This document shows, in pieces, positions 12,004-22,416 of a DNA stretch of 64,000 nucleotides. Every line of letters begins with the position of its first letter. The first letter of the stretch is position 1. Made by a program: the position numbers and the translations under genes. This stretch comes from an uncultured bacterium. GTDB lineage: Bacteria; Patescibacteriota; Minisyncoccia; UBA6257; 2-01-FULL-56-20. The DNA lies in the NCBI GenBank assembly GCA_963718575.1, contig OY970358.1, positions 805,528 through 869,527 of the forward strand, written 5' to 3'. The notes beneath the pieces are model-generated. The model ran no database searches, was not told the DNA's origin, and worked only from the letters and a program-made list of their open reading frames with translations.

Positions 12004-13032
12004 ATGAAACTATCCATCGGCATCGTCGGGCTTCCGAACGTGGGCAAGTCGACATTATTCCATCTGATCACCAGGCAGAACATCACGATCGCGAACTATC
12101 CGTTCGCGACGATCGACCCGAACGTGGGCGTCGTTGCCGTTCCCGACGAGCGTCTTGAAAAATTGAACGAACTCAGCAAATCCAAAAAGAAGATCCCGGC
12201 CGTCGTGGAATTCTATGATATCGCGGGGCTTGTGAAGGGCGCCAACAAGGGCGAGGGACTGGGCAGCGATTTTTTGGATGATATACACCTCACCCAGGCG
12301 ATTGTGATGGTCGTGCGCGCGTTCGAGAATCAGGACATCATCCATGTGGAAAATTCGGTGGACCCGGTGCGCGACATCGATATCATTAATCTGGAGCTGA
12401 TATTGAAAGATCTTGCGGCGGTGGATAAGCGCCTTACGCGCGTGGAGGCGGAGGCGCGCGCCGGAAAAAAAGAGGCGCTGCAGGATAAGGAACTGCTCAC
12501 GCGGTTGAAAGGCTCGCTTGAGGGCGGCATCCTGCCCGTAACCGACAAAGAACTCTCCGAAGCGATCAAGAGCGAGCCGCGTTTGAACGACTTGCGCTTG
12601 CTTACCACTAAGCGCCAGCTCTATCTTATCAACGGGAAAGAATCGGATGTTTCTAAGGAATTGCTCGATAAGATCGCCGCGCTCGGTGCGGAATATCTGA
12701 TTGCCGATCTCGCGTCGCCCGAAGCCGAGGCGAACGGCATCCCGCAGCTCGTGAAAAAAGCGTATCACGTGCTCGACCTGATCAGTTTCTTTACGACCGG
12801 CGAGGACGAGACGCGCGCATGGACGATCGAGCGTGGCATGAAGGCGCCGCAGGCATCGGGCGTCATCCACACCGATTTTGAGACGAAGTTCATTCGCATG
12901 GAGGTCGTGCCAACGGACAAATTGCTGGAGGCGGGCGGCTGGAGCAAGGCCAAACAAAAAGGATGGCTTCGCGTGGAAGGGAAGGAGTACGTGGTGGCGG
13001 ATGGCGACGTGGTGGAAGTCCGGCATGGTTAA
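12004..13032 (+). CDS. ychF: Ribosome-binding ATPase YchF (Obg-family GTPase with TGS domain)
   Basis: G1 motif GIVGLPNVGKST, the YchF-typical NxxE, and a C-terminal TGS (VVADGDVVEV). Confidence 0.9.
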   Translation: MKLSIGIVGLPNVGKSTLFHLITRQNITIANYPFATIDPNVGVVAVPDERLEKLNELSKSKKKIPAVVEFYDIAGLVKGANKGEGLGSDFLDDIHLTQAIVMVVRAFENQDIIHVENSVDPVRDIDIINLELILKDLAAVDKRLTRVEAEARAGKKEALQDKELLTRLKGSLEGGILPVTDKELSEAIKSEPRLNDLRLLTTKRQLYLINGKESDVSKELLDKIAALGAEYLIADLASPEAEANGIPQLVKKAYHVLDLISFFTTGEDETRAWTIERGMKAPQASGVIHTDFETKFIRMEVVPTDKLLEAGGWSKAKQKGWLRVEGKEYVVADGDVVEVRHG

Positions 13033-13067
13033 TAAAGATTTAATGCTAGAGCTGGTATAATGGGTTC

Positions 13068-13706
13068 ATGCGACTTTTCCCGAAGGCACAGTTTAAAGAT
13101 TTCCCAAAGGAATTTAAAACACTAAATGCGTTGCGAACACCTGTGACCATCCAGGATTTTTTGAACGCGATGCCGTTCAACTTTGAAGAGCGCGGGGAGA
13201 CGTATTGGTCGCCGGTCGTGGTGCTGAAGAACAAAAAGGCGCATTGCATGGAGGGGGCGATGCTCGCCGCCGCGGCGCTGTGGTTGCACGGCCGTCCGCC
13301 GATCATCATGGATCTCAAGACCACCAACCGCGACATCGATCACGTGGTCGCGCTGTTCAAAGAGGGAAATCGTTGGGGCGCGATCAGCAAGACGAACCAC
13401 GCGGTCCTGCGGTACCGCGACGCAATCTATCGCGACCCGCGCGAGATCGCAATGTCGTACTTCAACGAATATTTTTTAAATGAAGACGGCAAAAAAACGC
13501 TGCGCGGTTATTCGGAGCCATTCGATCTCTCGCGGTGCGGTGCGGCATGGCTGACCGCGAAAGAAGATCTTGATGACATTGCATTCGCGCTCGATAGATC
13601 GCCGCATGTTGATATTTTAGGAAAAGGCCGCGCGCGGCGCTTGCGCCCGGCAGAACCCATCGAGATCGAAGCCGGCAAGATCATCGAGTGGAAAAAAGGG
13701 AAATAA
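13068..13706 (+). CDS. Transglutaminase-like superfamily protein (Cys-His-Asp papain-like core)
   Basis: AHCMEGAMLAAAALWLHGRPPIIMD ... DHVVALFKEGNRWGAIS matches the transglutaminase-core pattern C..A..L...GIPAR.V...HaW.EV. Confidence 0.55.
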   Translation: MRLFPKAQFKDFPKEFKTLNALRTPVTIQDFLNAMPFNFEERGETYWSPVVVLKNKKAHCMEGAMLAAAALWLHGRPPIIMDLKTTNRDIDHVVALFKEGNRWGAISKTNHAVLRYRDAIYRDPREIAMSYFNEYFLNEDGKKTLRGYSEPFDLSRCGAAWLTAKEDLDDIAFALDRSPHVDILGKGRARRLRPAEPIEIEAGKIIEWKKGK

Positions 13707-13712
13707 AAAAAT

Positions 13713-13746
13713 GGGCCCAGCGTGCGCGGGATACACACTGGGCCCC
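13713..13746. terminator. Bidirectional hairpin TGGGCCCAG...CTGGGCCC
   Basis: 8-9 bp GC stem between convergent genes, with an A-run upstream. Confidence 0.45.
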
Positions 13747-13858
13747 CTTCGGGTGGGCGTAATCGCTCTCTCCCCGGCGCACCTGAACGCAAGCCAGAGT
13801 GGCCCCTCCCCTGGAACCAATCTGGTCAAGCGTCCGAGCTGCCTCTACGATAACGATT

Positions 13859-14464
13859 TTAGTTTCTTCGGTCAAGCGCCGAGCCGAGCGTTTCGTCGTC
13901 TGCGAACTCGATCTCGCCGCCGGTGGGCAAGCCGCGCCCGAGGCGGCTCACCCGTTTGGCCAGTGGTGCGAGCTCTTTCAATAAGAGCGACGCCTGGAAG
14001 TCGCCGAGCGCGGTCGGGCTGAATCCGAAAATGATCTCATCCGCCGCGCCGCCGAGGTCGTCCGCAATATATTTCTTCAAACTGAACAGGCGCGTTTTCT
14101 GCCACGCTTCCAAAAATCCCGTCTTCGGCACCGGGCCGATGATGAAGTAGCGCCCCGTGAATTTTTTCGTGTTCTCCAGCGAAAGATAGTCCGTCTCTTT
14201 TTCCACCACCATGATGATGCGCTGGTTCCGCGCAGGGTTCGCGCAGACGTCGCACAGCATGCCGGCATTTTGATGGATGAAGAAGCACCGCTCGCAGATT
14301 TTGATGCCGCGCAGCGCGTCGATGCTCGTCGCAAGCACGCGCAGATCCTCTTTGGGCCGTCCGATCAGATAGAACGCCAGCCGCACCGCCTGTCGCGGCC
14401 CGATGGAGGGGAGCTCCGCAAGCTCATCCACCACCTTCTGCACCGGGTCCGGGAGTTTCATCAT
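13859..14464 (-). CDS. recR: Recombination protein RecR
   Basis: HhH (LPSIGPRQAVRLAF), a C4 zinc finger (CERCFFIHQNAGMLCDVC) and a Toprim domain. Confidence 0.9.
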   Translation of the reverse strand: MMKLPDPVQKVVDELAELPSIGPRQAVRLAFYLIGRPKEDLRVLATSIDALRGIKICERCFFIHQNAGMLCDVCANPARNQRIIMVVEKETDYLSLENTKKFTGRYFIIGPVPKTGFLEAWQKTRLFSLKKYIADDLGGAADEIIFGFSPTALGDFQASLLLKELAPLAKRVSRLGRGLPTGGEIEFADDETLGSALDRRN

Positions 14465-14553
14465 CCCACCATTATACCCGCGCGCGGGGTGATGAACCAG
14501 TGGCGGGGGTTTGAGTTGAGACCGATGAGATATACATCAATGCCCAAATAATT

Positions 14554-14991
14554 TTAACGAGAAGCGATTGTCGTTTTATCTGGATAAACTTCCCAAAATA
14601 TAAAATCTTCGTTTGATAGGTAGGTTTTTTTACCGAGTAGATCTTTTCTCATTGAGATAATGATATCACCTAAAATTTTTCTACCATCTTCATGGTTTGC
14701 ATCGTCCTGAACCGTTCTAACATGTTCCATTAATCGATTTATATTTCTAAACACTTCATCGGAGCAGTAAAGCCAAGAAGCTTCCCACTCGGTAATAAAT
14801 TTTTCTTTTAACTCCTTCCGTGCAGTATTGCCAATAAATCCGCGCAGATATTTTATAAGATTACTATATTTCTCTGCTTTTAAACGTAGCTCGGTTTCTG
14901 TTCGTAACGTACGAATTGCAAAAAAATAAGTTAGCAAAGAACCGAGCAGAGCACTCAAGACAACGGTCACGATATTCCAAAAAAGTGGCAT
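14554..14991 (-). CDS. Hypothetical membrane-anchored protein in locally AT-rich DNA
   Basis: N-terminal transmembrane segment (IVTVVLSALLGSLLTYFFAI). Its GC content is visibly lower than that of its neighbours. Confidence 0.45.
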   Translation of the reverse strand: MPLFWNIVTVVLSALLGSLLTYFFAIRTLRTETELRLKAEKYSNLIKYLRGFIGNTARKELKEKFITEWEASWLYCSDEVFRNINRLMEHVRTVQDDANHEDGRKILGDIIISMRKDLLGKKTYLSNEDFIFWEVYPDKTTIASR

Positions 14992-15033
14992 TTAAATGAT
15001 ATTTTTATTTATGCCTTTTGCATAACACTAGAA

Positions 15034-16399
15034 TCATAACGCCGGCAGTTCCTCGTATCTCTTCTCGATCGTCTTAAAACTCGCGAGCTCGCCGTTGAAG
15101 AAGAAGTCCATGTCCTTGAGCGCGCCGTTGCGGTGCTTGGCCACGCGGAGGTGTACGGTGTTGTCGATGGACGAGGCGGTGTCGTTCGGGTTGCGCTCAT
15201 CACGATAGAGGAACATGACGACGTCCGCGTCCTGCTCGATGGAACCGGAGTCGCGAAGGTCGGAGAGGCGGGGGATCTTGTGATCGCGCTGTTCGAGTCC
15301 GCGCGAGAGCTGGCTGAGCGCGAGCACCGGCACTTTGAGTTCGCGCGCGAGCGATTTCAGGCCGCGCGAGATCTCGGTGATCATGTTCACCATATTGTCG
15401 CTGTTCGTGCGCGGGCGGATGAGCTGGAGGTAGTCCACGACGAGCAGGTCGAGGCCGTGCTCCACCTGCAGGCGCCGCGCCATCGAGCGCATCTGGAGGA
15501 CGTTGAGCGACGGCGAGTCGTCGATGAATATTTTGACGGCCGACAGGCGGTCGAGCGCTTCTTGGATCATGGAAAACTCGCTGTCGTTCCGAATGCGGCC
15601 GGTGAGGATGTTCCAGAGCGGCACCTGCGACTCTGCGGAGATGATGCGGTCCTGCAACGACTCGCGCGACATTTCGAGCGAGAACACGCCGACGCTGAAT
15701 CCGGCCTTGCCGGCGTTGCGCGCGATGTCGAGCGCGAACGAAGTCTTTCCGACCGACGGCCGCGCGCCGAGGATCACGAGCTCGGATTTATGGAGTCCCG
15801 AGAGGCAGTCGTCGAGCGCGGGGAAGCCGGTCGGCACGCCGCGCAATTTCCCGCCGCCGGCGTGAAGGTTTGCGATGCGCTCGTATGCGGTCGTCAGATC
15901 ATCTTTAAGCGATGTGAAATTCTGCGGCAGGGATTTTTGCGAGATCGAAAGGATTTTCTGCTCGACGTCGTCGAGAAGGTCTTCCACTTCGCCGCCTTGC
16001 GAAAAAACATTTTCCGCGATCTCCGCCGACGCCTTGATGAGGTCGCGCAAAATCTTCTTCTCCTTTACGTTCGTGGCGTAGTGCTGGACGTGCGATGCGC
16101 TCGACACGTGGTTCGTGAGGTCCGCAAGATATGCCGATCCGCCGACGTCTTTCAGCCACTCGTTCTCCTTGAGGAAGTTGGTAAGACTCAGCACGTCGAT
16201 CGGCTGGTGCTTCTCGTAGAGCGAAAGGATCGCTTTATAGATGCGCTCGTGCGCGGGCGTGTAGAAATCCTCCGGCACCAAAATATCCGCCACGCGGATA
16301 GATCGCGTTCTTGTCGATGAGGACCGAGCCGAGCACCGCCTGCTCCGCTTCCAGGTTCTGGGGCGGAAGCTTGAGTTGTGATTTTTTGCTGACCGCCAT
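15034..16399 (-). CDS. dnaB: Replicative DNA helicase DnaB with apparent frameshift near 16300
   Basis: RecA-like helicase motifs (GARPSVGKTSFALD, DLLVVDYLQLI). The N-terminal 35 codons (MAVSKKSQLKLPPQNLEAEQAVLGSVLIDKNAI) are in another frame and rejoin at ...ADILVPEDFY. Confidence 0.85.
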
Positions 16400-16419
16400 T
16401 TTTTATTAAATCGAAATGA

Positions 16420-17850
16420 TTAAAAGAATCTTTTCCGAATTCGGGAGTCGTCCTTCAAATCCCTTATTGAATATCCTAATCCTTCTATTTCTTTTCGCAA
16501 AGCGTCGGACTGGATAAACTGTTTATTGCTTCGTAATTCGGCGTATATGCGCGCCATTTCGGCGATCTTCGCATCGTCCGGGGTCACTGCCGCGTCGGCC
16601 ATGGCTCTTTCAAGGCCTAATCCCAATACCGTATCAAATTGTTTGACAAGGAGAAGTTTCTCTTTTGGATCGTCGCCATCAGCCAACATTTCGTGAAGGA
16701 CGGCAAGCGCCCGGGGCGTGTTCAGATCGTCGTCTATTGCGGCGTGAAATTCCTTTTCATAATATCCCAACGCATACTTCGCTGATTTCCCCCCGGTAGT
16801 CGTCACGTGAGAATCTTCATAGAGGTCGTTCACTGTTTCATAGAGCCGCTCTATGGCGATTTTCGCCGCATCGAGGCTCTCCCATGTGAAATTCAACCGC
16901 GTGCGGTAGTGCGCGCCGAGCGTGAGGTAGCGGAAGGCGAGGGGGTGATATCCTTTATTTTCTAGTTCTGTGAGCGTGAGGAAGTTGCCCTCCGATTTTG
17001 CCATTTTGCCGCCGTCGATGAGTAAATGCTCGCCGTGTATCCAAAGATGGGCGAGGGGAACATCGTATGCCGCTTCCGACTGCGCAATCTCGTTTGTGTG
17101 GTGCGTGCCGATATGGTCAACCGCGCCAGTGTGGATGTCGAACGGCTGGCCAAGGAAATGTCGCGAGATCGCTGAGCACTCCACGTGCCATCCGGGGAAT
17201 CCTTCACCCCACGGCGATGGCCAGTGCAAAAGATGTTTTTTGAATTTTCCTTCAAGCTTGAACCAGAGCGCGAAGTCGGCAGGATTGTGCTTCTCTTCAT
17301 CGATCACCACTTCTTCGCGCACGCCTACGGATTTTTCGTCGAGCGATTGGCCGGAGAGTGCGCCGTAGTTCGGAAATTTACTCACATCAAAATACACTGC
17401 GGTCGGTGTATCGTACGCAAAGCCTTTTTCAAAAAGCATCTGGATGAGTGCGATCTGTTCGCGGATATGCGCGGTCGCAGGCGCGACGATATCCGGCTTT
17501 AAAATATTCAGCCTGGCGAGATCATCAAAGAACGCCTCGGTATAGAACTGCGCGATCTCTTCCGGCGGTTTTTTTTCTGCCTTTGCGGCAAGGTCGAATT
17601 TGTCTTCGCCCGCGTCGGTGTCGCCGGTCAGATGCCCGACGTCCGTGATGTTCATCACGCGCCGCACGATGTGGCCGTCATAACGCAGCGTCCGCTCCAA
17701 GATATCCTCAAAAATATACGTGCGCAGATTTCCGATGTGCGCAAAATTATAGACCGTCGGGCCGCACGTGTAGAGGCCGACCCAGTCGGAGTGGATCGGT
17801 TTGAGCGGCTCCTTCTCGCGCGAGAGCGTATTATAGAGCGTTAAAACCAT
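16420..17850 (-). CDS. cysS: Cysteine--tRNA ligase
   Basis: HIGH-class motif (CGPTVYNFAHIGN), KMSKS (KMAKS) and the CysRS fold. Confidence 0.9.
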   Translation of the reverse strand: MVLTLYNTLSREKEPLKPIHSDWVGLYTCGPTVYNFAHIGNLRTYIFEDILERTLRYDGHIVRRVMNITDVGHLTGDTDAGEDKFDLAAKAEKKPPEEIAQFYTEAFFDDLARLNILKPDIVAPATAHIREQIALIQMLFEKGFAYDTPTAVYFDVSKFPNYGALSGQSLDEKSVGVREEVVIDEEKHNPADFALWFKLEGKFKKHLLHWPSPWGEGFPGWHVECSAISRHFLGQPFDIHTGAVDHIGTHHTNEIAQSEAAYDVPLAHLWIHGEHLLIDGGKMAKSEGNFLTLTELENKGYHPLAFRYLTLGAHYRTRLNFTWESLDAAKIAIERLYETVNDLYEDSHVTTTGGKSAKYALGYYEKEFHAAIDDDLNTPRALAVLHEMLADGDDPKEKLLLVKQFDTVLGLGLERAMADAAVTPDDAKIAEMARIYAELRSNKQFIQSDALRKEIEGLGYSIRDLKDDSRIRKRFF

Positions 17851-18722
17851 CCCTTTCGTTTGAAATATGTCACGAGCCCGATCATGCCGAGTACCATGAT
17901 GCCGAGCACGATCCAGAATGCGCCCGGCAGGTTGATGATCGGCGTGTCGCGCGTGTCCATGCTGAAGAGCGCGGCGATGAGCAGGAAGGGGAATGTGAGG
18001 AACGAGAGCGACGTGAACGTCTTCATCACGCTGTTGATCTTGAGGTTCATCAGTTGATTGTTCGTGTCCTCGAAGTCCGCGATCGCCTCGCGATAATCCT
18101 CGAGCTGATTCACCACTTTCAATTGATCGCCCATAAGGTCGTTCAGATAGACCTCGGCGCTGTCGCCCCAGAACTTCTTTCCTTTTATTGCGAGTGAGCG
18201 CAGGATCGGTTCCTGGAGTCGTACGATAATGCGGTATTCCGAAACGTCGCGCTTGAGGTAGGTGATGCGCTCCAGCACCTCCTTCTCTTTATCTTTAAAA
18301 ATCTCTTTGCCGACCAACTCCACTTTTTCGCGGATGTGGCGGAGTTGCCGTTCCTCAAAGCTGATGAGATGTTCGATGAGCTTATACATGACGGCGAGCG
18401 ATGAATCGCATTCCGCAACGTCGAACCCATCCAGCACATTATTGAGTCCATTATAATGAACGGTCACCACGCTGTCCTTTGTGACGATGAAGTCGATCTC
18501 GGTGCGCGCCGACGCCTCGTCCTCGGGATCATAGACCGGGAAATAATAGATGAAAAAAAGATAATCTTTATATGCTTCCGCCCTTCCGCGCGCCGACGGC
18601 CCGCGCAACTCTTCCACGATGACCGGATGTAGTTTGTATTCCTTGCCGAGCCACGTGAGATCTTTCTCTGACGGCTTGCCGACATTGACCCACTCGACGC
18701 CTTTCCCTTTCTTTATTTCCAT
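17841..18722 (-). CDS. corA: CorA-family divalent cation transporter with non-canonical SMD in place of GMN
   Basis: C-terminal two-transmembrane architecture ending KRKGWF. The conserved YGMNF position reads FSMDT. Confidence 0.75.
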   Translation of the reverse strand: MEIKKGKGVEWVNVGKPSEKDLTWLGKEYKLHPVIVEELRGPSARGRAEAYKDYLFFIYYFPVYDPEDEASARTEIDFIVTKDSVVTVHYNGLNNVLDGFDVAECDSSLAVMYKLIEHLISFEERQLRHIREKVELVGKEIFKDKEKEVLERITYLKRDVSEYRIIVRLQEPILRSLAIKGKKFWGDSAEVYLNDLMGDQLKVVNQLEDYREAIADFEDTNNQLMNLKINSVMKTFTSLSFLTFPFLLIAALFSMDTRDTPIINLPGAFWIVLGIMVLGMIGLVTYFKRKGWF

Positions 18723-18842
18723 AATGGTATTTTAACATACGCACGGAATTCCCCCCCCGCGATGCCCCCTTTTCATGATTTCTTCATTGTGGTATGATAC
18801 TGGAAGTGTTAGTAGTATAATTTCCAATTATCGGAGGAAGAC

Positions 18843-19184
18843 TTGGAAAAACAAGTAGTGGATGAGTCGTTTAGCGCCGGATGGGAAGCATTCCGTTCCG
18901 GAAGTGTCGATTGGAAACGGACCACGACCGATACGGCGTATCTTGCCGGGGTGGATGCTGCAAGTCGATTTAAGGGCTCGGTCAGTATGTACGACCTGTT
19001 TATCGCCAGCACTCAAGACCATGTTCGCAGTAAGATCGAAGGTCCATTCCAGATATCTCTTGCCTTACGCGGGAGAGAAGCTCCTTTGGCGCCGGACATT
19101 GACATTACTCAGGAAAATGTCTTGTTTTGGAAGAAGCATCGCATTCAACCGCCGGATCTTATTTTGTCAGAAAGTATGGCGTAG
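18843..19184 (+). CDS. Hypothetical protein
   Basis: 113-aa ORF with a TTG start preceded by GGAGGAAG. Confidence 0.3.
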   Translation: MEKQVVDESFSAGWEAFRSGSVDWKRTTTDTAYLAGVDAASRFKGSVSMYDLFIASTQDHVRSKIEGPFQISLALRGREAPLAPDIDITQENVLFWKKHRIQPPDLILSESMA

Positions 19185-19273
19185 AGCGGCCAGCTCCAAT
19201 TTTCAAAACCCACAACCCTGCGGCCGAGAACCCCACATCTCGGCCGCTTTATTTTGCCCAAAAAACCTGGTAC

Positions 19274-19311
19274 TGGCACTCTCTTGACGAGATTGCTAAT
19301 TCGGCTAAAAT
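19274..19311 (+). promoter_or_regulatory. CIRCE-like operator overlapping a TTGACG-16-TAAAAT promoter for hrcA
   Basis: TGGCACTC-TCTTGACGA-GATTGCTAA against the CIRCE consensus TTAGCACTC-N9-GAGTGCTAA. The -10 box is 8 nt from the hrcA ATG. Confidence 0.6.
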
Positions 19312-19319
19312 AGTAGTGC

Positions 19320-20012
19320 ATGACCGACCGAACGGCACAAATATTAGAAGCGGCGATCCAGGAATTCATCAACACCGGCGATCCGGTGAGTTCGGGTCTG
19401 CTCTATGATCGATATGATTTTGGAATAAAGCCGGCGATGATCCGGCTTGAACTTGATGAGCTTGAGGATCGGGGATATCTCGAACAGCCGCATCATTCGG
19501 CGGGACGCGTGCCGACGAATACCGGCTATGAATTTTTTGCGAAGCGGCTGCTCGGGATGGAAACATCCGGCGAGCGCAGCGCTGGTACCGGCAGTGCGAA
19601 GCAGAATGATCTACACTTGCTGCTTAAGGAACAGGCGTGGCCGGATCTCTTGAACGAGCTTTCGGCACAGCTCGGGTTGCTCTCCGTCGCCGCGGACCTC
19701 GCGCGCGAGTCGGTGTACAAAGCGGGGCTCCAGCACTTGATCGATCATCTCGATTGGCAGGATCAGAGCGGCATTCGCGCCGTCATCCACGACTTTGAGG
19801 ATGTAGACGAGCGCGCGCCGCGCGCGGCGGAGAAGATGGGCGCGAGTCCGCAGATCTTCATCGGAAAGAAAAGCCCGTTGACGACGAGCGATGATCTGTC
19901 CGTCGTGGGCGGCAATTATCAGATCGGCGAAGCCACCATTTCCATTTTTGCGATCGGCCCGAAGCGGATGGATTACAAAAAGGTCATACGCATTTTCAAA
20001 AATCTTAATTAA
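19320..20012 (+). CDS. hrcA: Heat-inducible transcription repressor HrcA (short form)
   Basis: N-terminal winged helix (TGDPVSSGLL...IKPAMIRLELDELEDRGYLEQPHHSAGRVPT). Confidence 0.8.
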   Translation: MTDRTAQILEAAIQEFINTGDPVSSGLLYDRYDFGIKPAMIRLELDELEDRGYLEQPHHSAGRVPTNTGYEFFAKRLLGMETSGERSAGTGSAKQNDLHLLLKEQAWPDLLNELSAQLGLLSVAADLARESVYKAGLQHLIDHLDWQDQSGIRAVIHDFEDVDERAPRAAEKMGASPQIFIGKKSPLTTSDDLSVVGGNYQIGEATISIFAIGPKRMDYKKVIRIFKNLN

Positions 20013-20026
20013 TTTTTAACAAACCC

Positions 20027-20527
20027 ATGGCTGACGAAGAGAAAGAAAAAGAGTTATCAGAACCGACGCTCGCCGATCTGAAGGATCAGATCGCGGAGAT
20101 GACGTCCCAGCGCGACGAGTACCTCGCCGGATGGCAGCGTTCGAAGGCGGACTTCATCAATTATAAAAAGGAAGAGATGAAAAAGATGGAGGACATTGCG
20201 CGGTACGGAAATGAGGATTTGATAAAAGATCTGATTTCCGTGATGGACAACTTCGATCTCGCGCTGCGCACGTTGGAGAAAGCCGGCCCGGTGGAGAAAG
20301 GGATCTATCTCATCCGCACGCAGATCGACGATATTTTAAAAAAGCGGGGACTTGTGAAGATCGATCTGAAGCCGGGAGACATGTTCGATCCTGCAGTTGC
20401 GGAAGCGCTTTCCGAAGTGGACGCGGAGCAGCCGCCCGGAGCGATCGTCCAGGAGATAGAGCCCGGATATCGGCTCCATGAGAAAGTGTTACGGCCGGCG
20501 AGAGTAATAATCAGTAAGGATAAATAA
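20027..20527 (+). CDS. grpE: Nucleotide exchange factor GrpE
   Basis: Coiled-coil N-terminus plus a GrpE C-terminal beta domain. Sits in the conserved hrcA-grpE-dnaK position. Confidence 0.9.
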   Translation: MADEEKEKELSEPTLADLKDQIAEMTSQRDEYLAGWQRSKADFINYKKEEMKKMEDIARYGNEDLIKDLISVMDNFDLALRTLEKAGPVEKGIYLIRTQIDDILKKRGLVKIDLKPGDMFDPAVAEALSEVDAEQPPGAIVQEIEPGYRLHEKVLRPARVIISKDK

Positions 20528-20551
20528 ATTAACTAATCATTAAAAATAACA

Positions 20552-22408
20552 ATGGCAAAAATTATCGGAATCGATTTGGGAACCACGAACTCGGCCGTGT
20601 CGGTGATGAAGAACGGCGAGTTGCAGATCTTGGAGAACGCCGAGGGCAATCGCACGACGCCGTCGATCGTGGCGCTCTCAAAAGGCGGGGAGCGGTTGGT
20701 GGGATTGCTCGCGAAGCGCCAGTCGGTGACGAATCCGACGAACACGATCTTTTCGGTGAAGCGTTTGATCGGCCGCAAGTTCACCGATCCGGAGGTGCAG
20801 CGCGACAAAACGTGGCTTCCGTACGAGATCCGCGCGGGTGCGACCGGCGGCGTGGAAGTGAAGATGGGCGATAAGTGGTTTTCGCCGGAGGAAATTTCCG
20901 CGTTCATTTTGAGCAAGCTGAAGGCGGATGCCGAAGCGAAGCTCGGCGAGAAGATCACCGAGGCGGTGATCACCGTGCCGGCGTACTTTGACGATTCGCA
21001 ACGCCAGGCCACGAAGAACGCCGGCGAGATCGCGGGCTTGAAAGTTGACCGCATTCTGAACGAGCCGACGGCGGCGGCGTTCGCGTATGGCGTGAACAAA
21101 GAGAAGAATCAGAAGATCGTCGTCTACGATTTCGGCGGCGGCACGTTCGACGTGTCGGTCCTTGAAATGGGATATGATGCCGAATCGAAAGAGCAGACGG
21201 TGGAAGTTCGCGCGACGGGCGGCGACACGCATCTTGGCGGCGACGACTTCGACAAAAAGATCCAGGAATATTTGGTCGCAGAGTATAAGAAGCAGGAAGG
21301 CATCGACATCTCGAAGGATCCGCTCGCGGTGCAGCGCCTGAAGGAGGCCGCCGAGCGCGCGAAGCACGAGCTCTCGACCGCGGTCGAGACGGAGATCAAC
21401 ATTCCGTACATCTCGAGCGATGCGAACGGGCCGAAGCACTTCCAGATCAAGATGACGCGCGCGAAGCTCGAATCGCTCGTGCAGGAATACATCGACCGCT
21501 CCATCCAACTGACGAAGGAGACGGTGACGTCGCCCGCACCGAAGGGCGCCGGATTCCAGATCGCGGACATCGCGGAGGTGATCCTCGTCGGCGGGCAGAC
21601 GCGCATGCCGGCGATGCAGGATGCGGTGAAGGCGCTGTTCGGCAAGGAGCCGCACCAGGGCATCAATCCGGATGAAGTGGTCGCGCTCGGCGCCGGCATT
21701 CAGGGAGAGATCCTTGCGGCGAAAGCGGAGGGCCGCAAGACCGAAGGCGAAGTGAAAGATATTCTTCTTCTGGATGTGACGCCGCTCTCGCTCAGCATCG
21801 AAACCTATGGCGGCGTGGCAACGCCGATGATCCCGAAGAACACGACCGTGCCGACGGCGAAGTCGCAGGTGTTCAGCACGGCGGCAGACAATCAGACGTC
21901 GGTCGAGGTGCACGTCTTGCAAGGCGAGCGCCCGATGGCGAACGACAACAAGACGCTCGCGAAATTTATTTTGGATGGCATTCCGCCGTCGCCGCGCGGC
22001 ATCCCGCAGGTGGAGGTCACGTTCGATATCGACGCGAACGGCATCTTGAACGTTTCCGCAAAGGACAAGGCGAGCGGCAAGGTGCAGTCCGTCAAAGTGG
22101 AGGCGTCGAGCAATCTTTCAAAGGATGAGATCGAGAAGTTGAAGAAGGACGCCGCCGAACACGCGGCGGAAGACGAGAAGAAGAAAGCGCTCATCGAGAC
22201 GCGCAACCAGGCGGAGTCGCTCGTCTATCTTGCGGAAAAATCCGTAAAGGATGCGGGAGACAAATTGCCGGCTGACGTGAAGACGGGCATTGAAGAGAAA
22301 ATAGCGGCGGTGAAGGGCGTGAAGGACGGCGAGGACGAGCCGGCGATCAAGGCGGCTGTCGAAGCGCTGTCCACGGAGATACAAAAGATCGGGCACTGCG
22401 GCGTATAA
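20552..22408 (+). CDS. dnaK: Chaperone DnaK (Hsp70)
   Basis: [18 protein letters not shown] and a substrate-binding domain; 618 aa. Confidence 0.95.
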   Translation: MAKIIGIDLGTTNSAVSVMKNGELQILENAEGNRTTPSIVALSKGGERLVGLLAKRQSVTNPTNTIFSVKRLIGRKFTDPEVQRDKTWLPYEIRAGATGGVEVKMGDKWFSPEEISAFILSKLKADAEAKLGEKITEAVITVPAYFDDSQRQATKNAGEIAGLKVDRILNEPTAAAFAYGVNKEKNQKIVVYDFGGGTFDVSVLEMGYDAESKEQTVEVRATGGDTHLGGDDFDKKIQEYLVAEYKKQEGIDISKDPLAVQRLKEAAERAKHELSTAVETEINIPYISSDANGPKHFQIKMTRAKLESLVQEYIDRSIQLTKETVTSPAPKGAGFQIADIAEVILVGGQTRMPAMQDAVKALFGKEPHQGINPDEVVALGAGIQGEILAAKAEGRKTEGEVKDILLLDVTPLSLSIETYGGVATPMIPKNTTVPTAKSQVFSTAADNQTSVEVHVLQGERPMANDNKTLAKFILDGIPPSPRGIPQVEVTFDIDANGILNVSAKDKASGKVQSVKVEASSNLSKDEIEKLKKDAAEHAAEDEKKKALIETRNQAESLVYLAEKSVKDAGDKLPADVKTGIEEKIAAVKGVKDGEDEPAIKAAVEALSTEIQKIGHCGV

Positions 22409-22416
22409 TAAACAAG

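Noticed and set aside
20678-21922. 414-aa ORF antisense to dnaK, and similar long antisense ORFs (15133-16320 antisense to dnaB, 39981-41102 antisense to mreB, 12055-13026 antisense to ychF, 4311-5135 antisense to uvrC)
   Set aside because: High-GC antisense frames of well-conserved genes. Their compositions are Arg/His-rich with no motifs.
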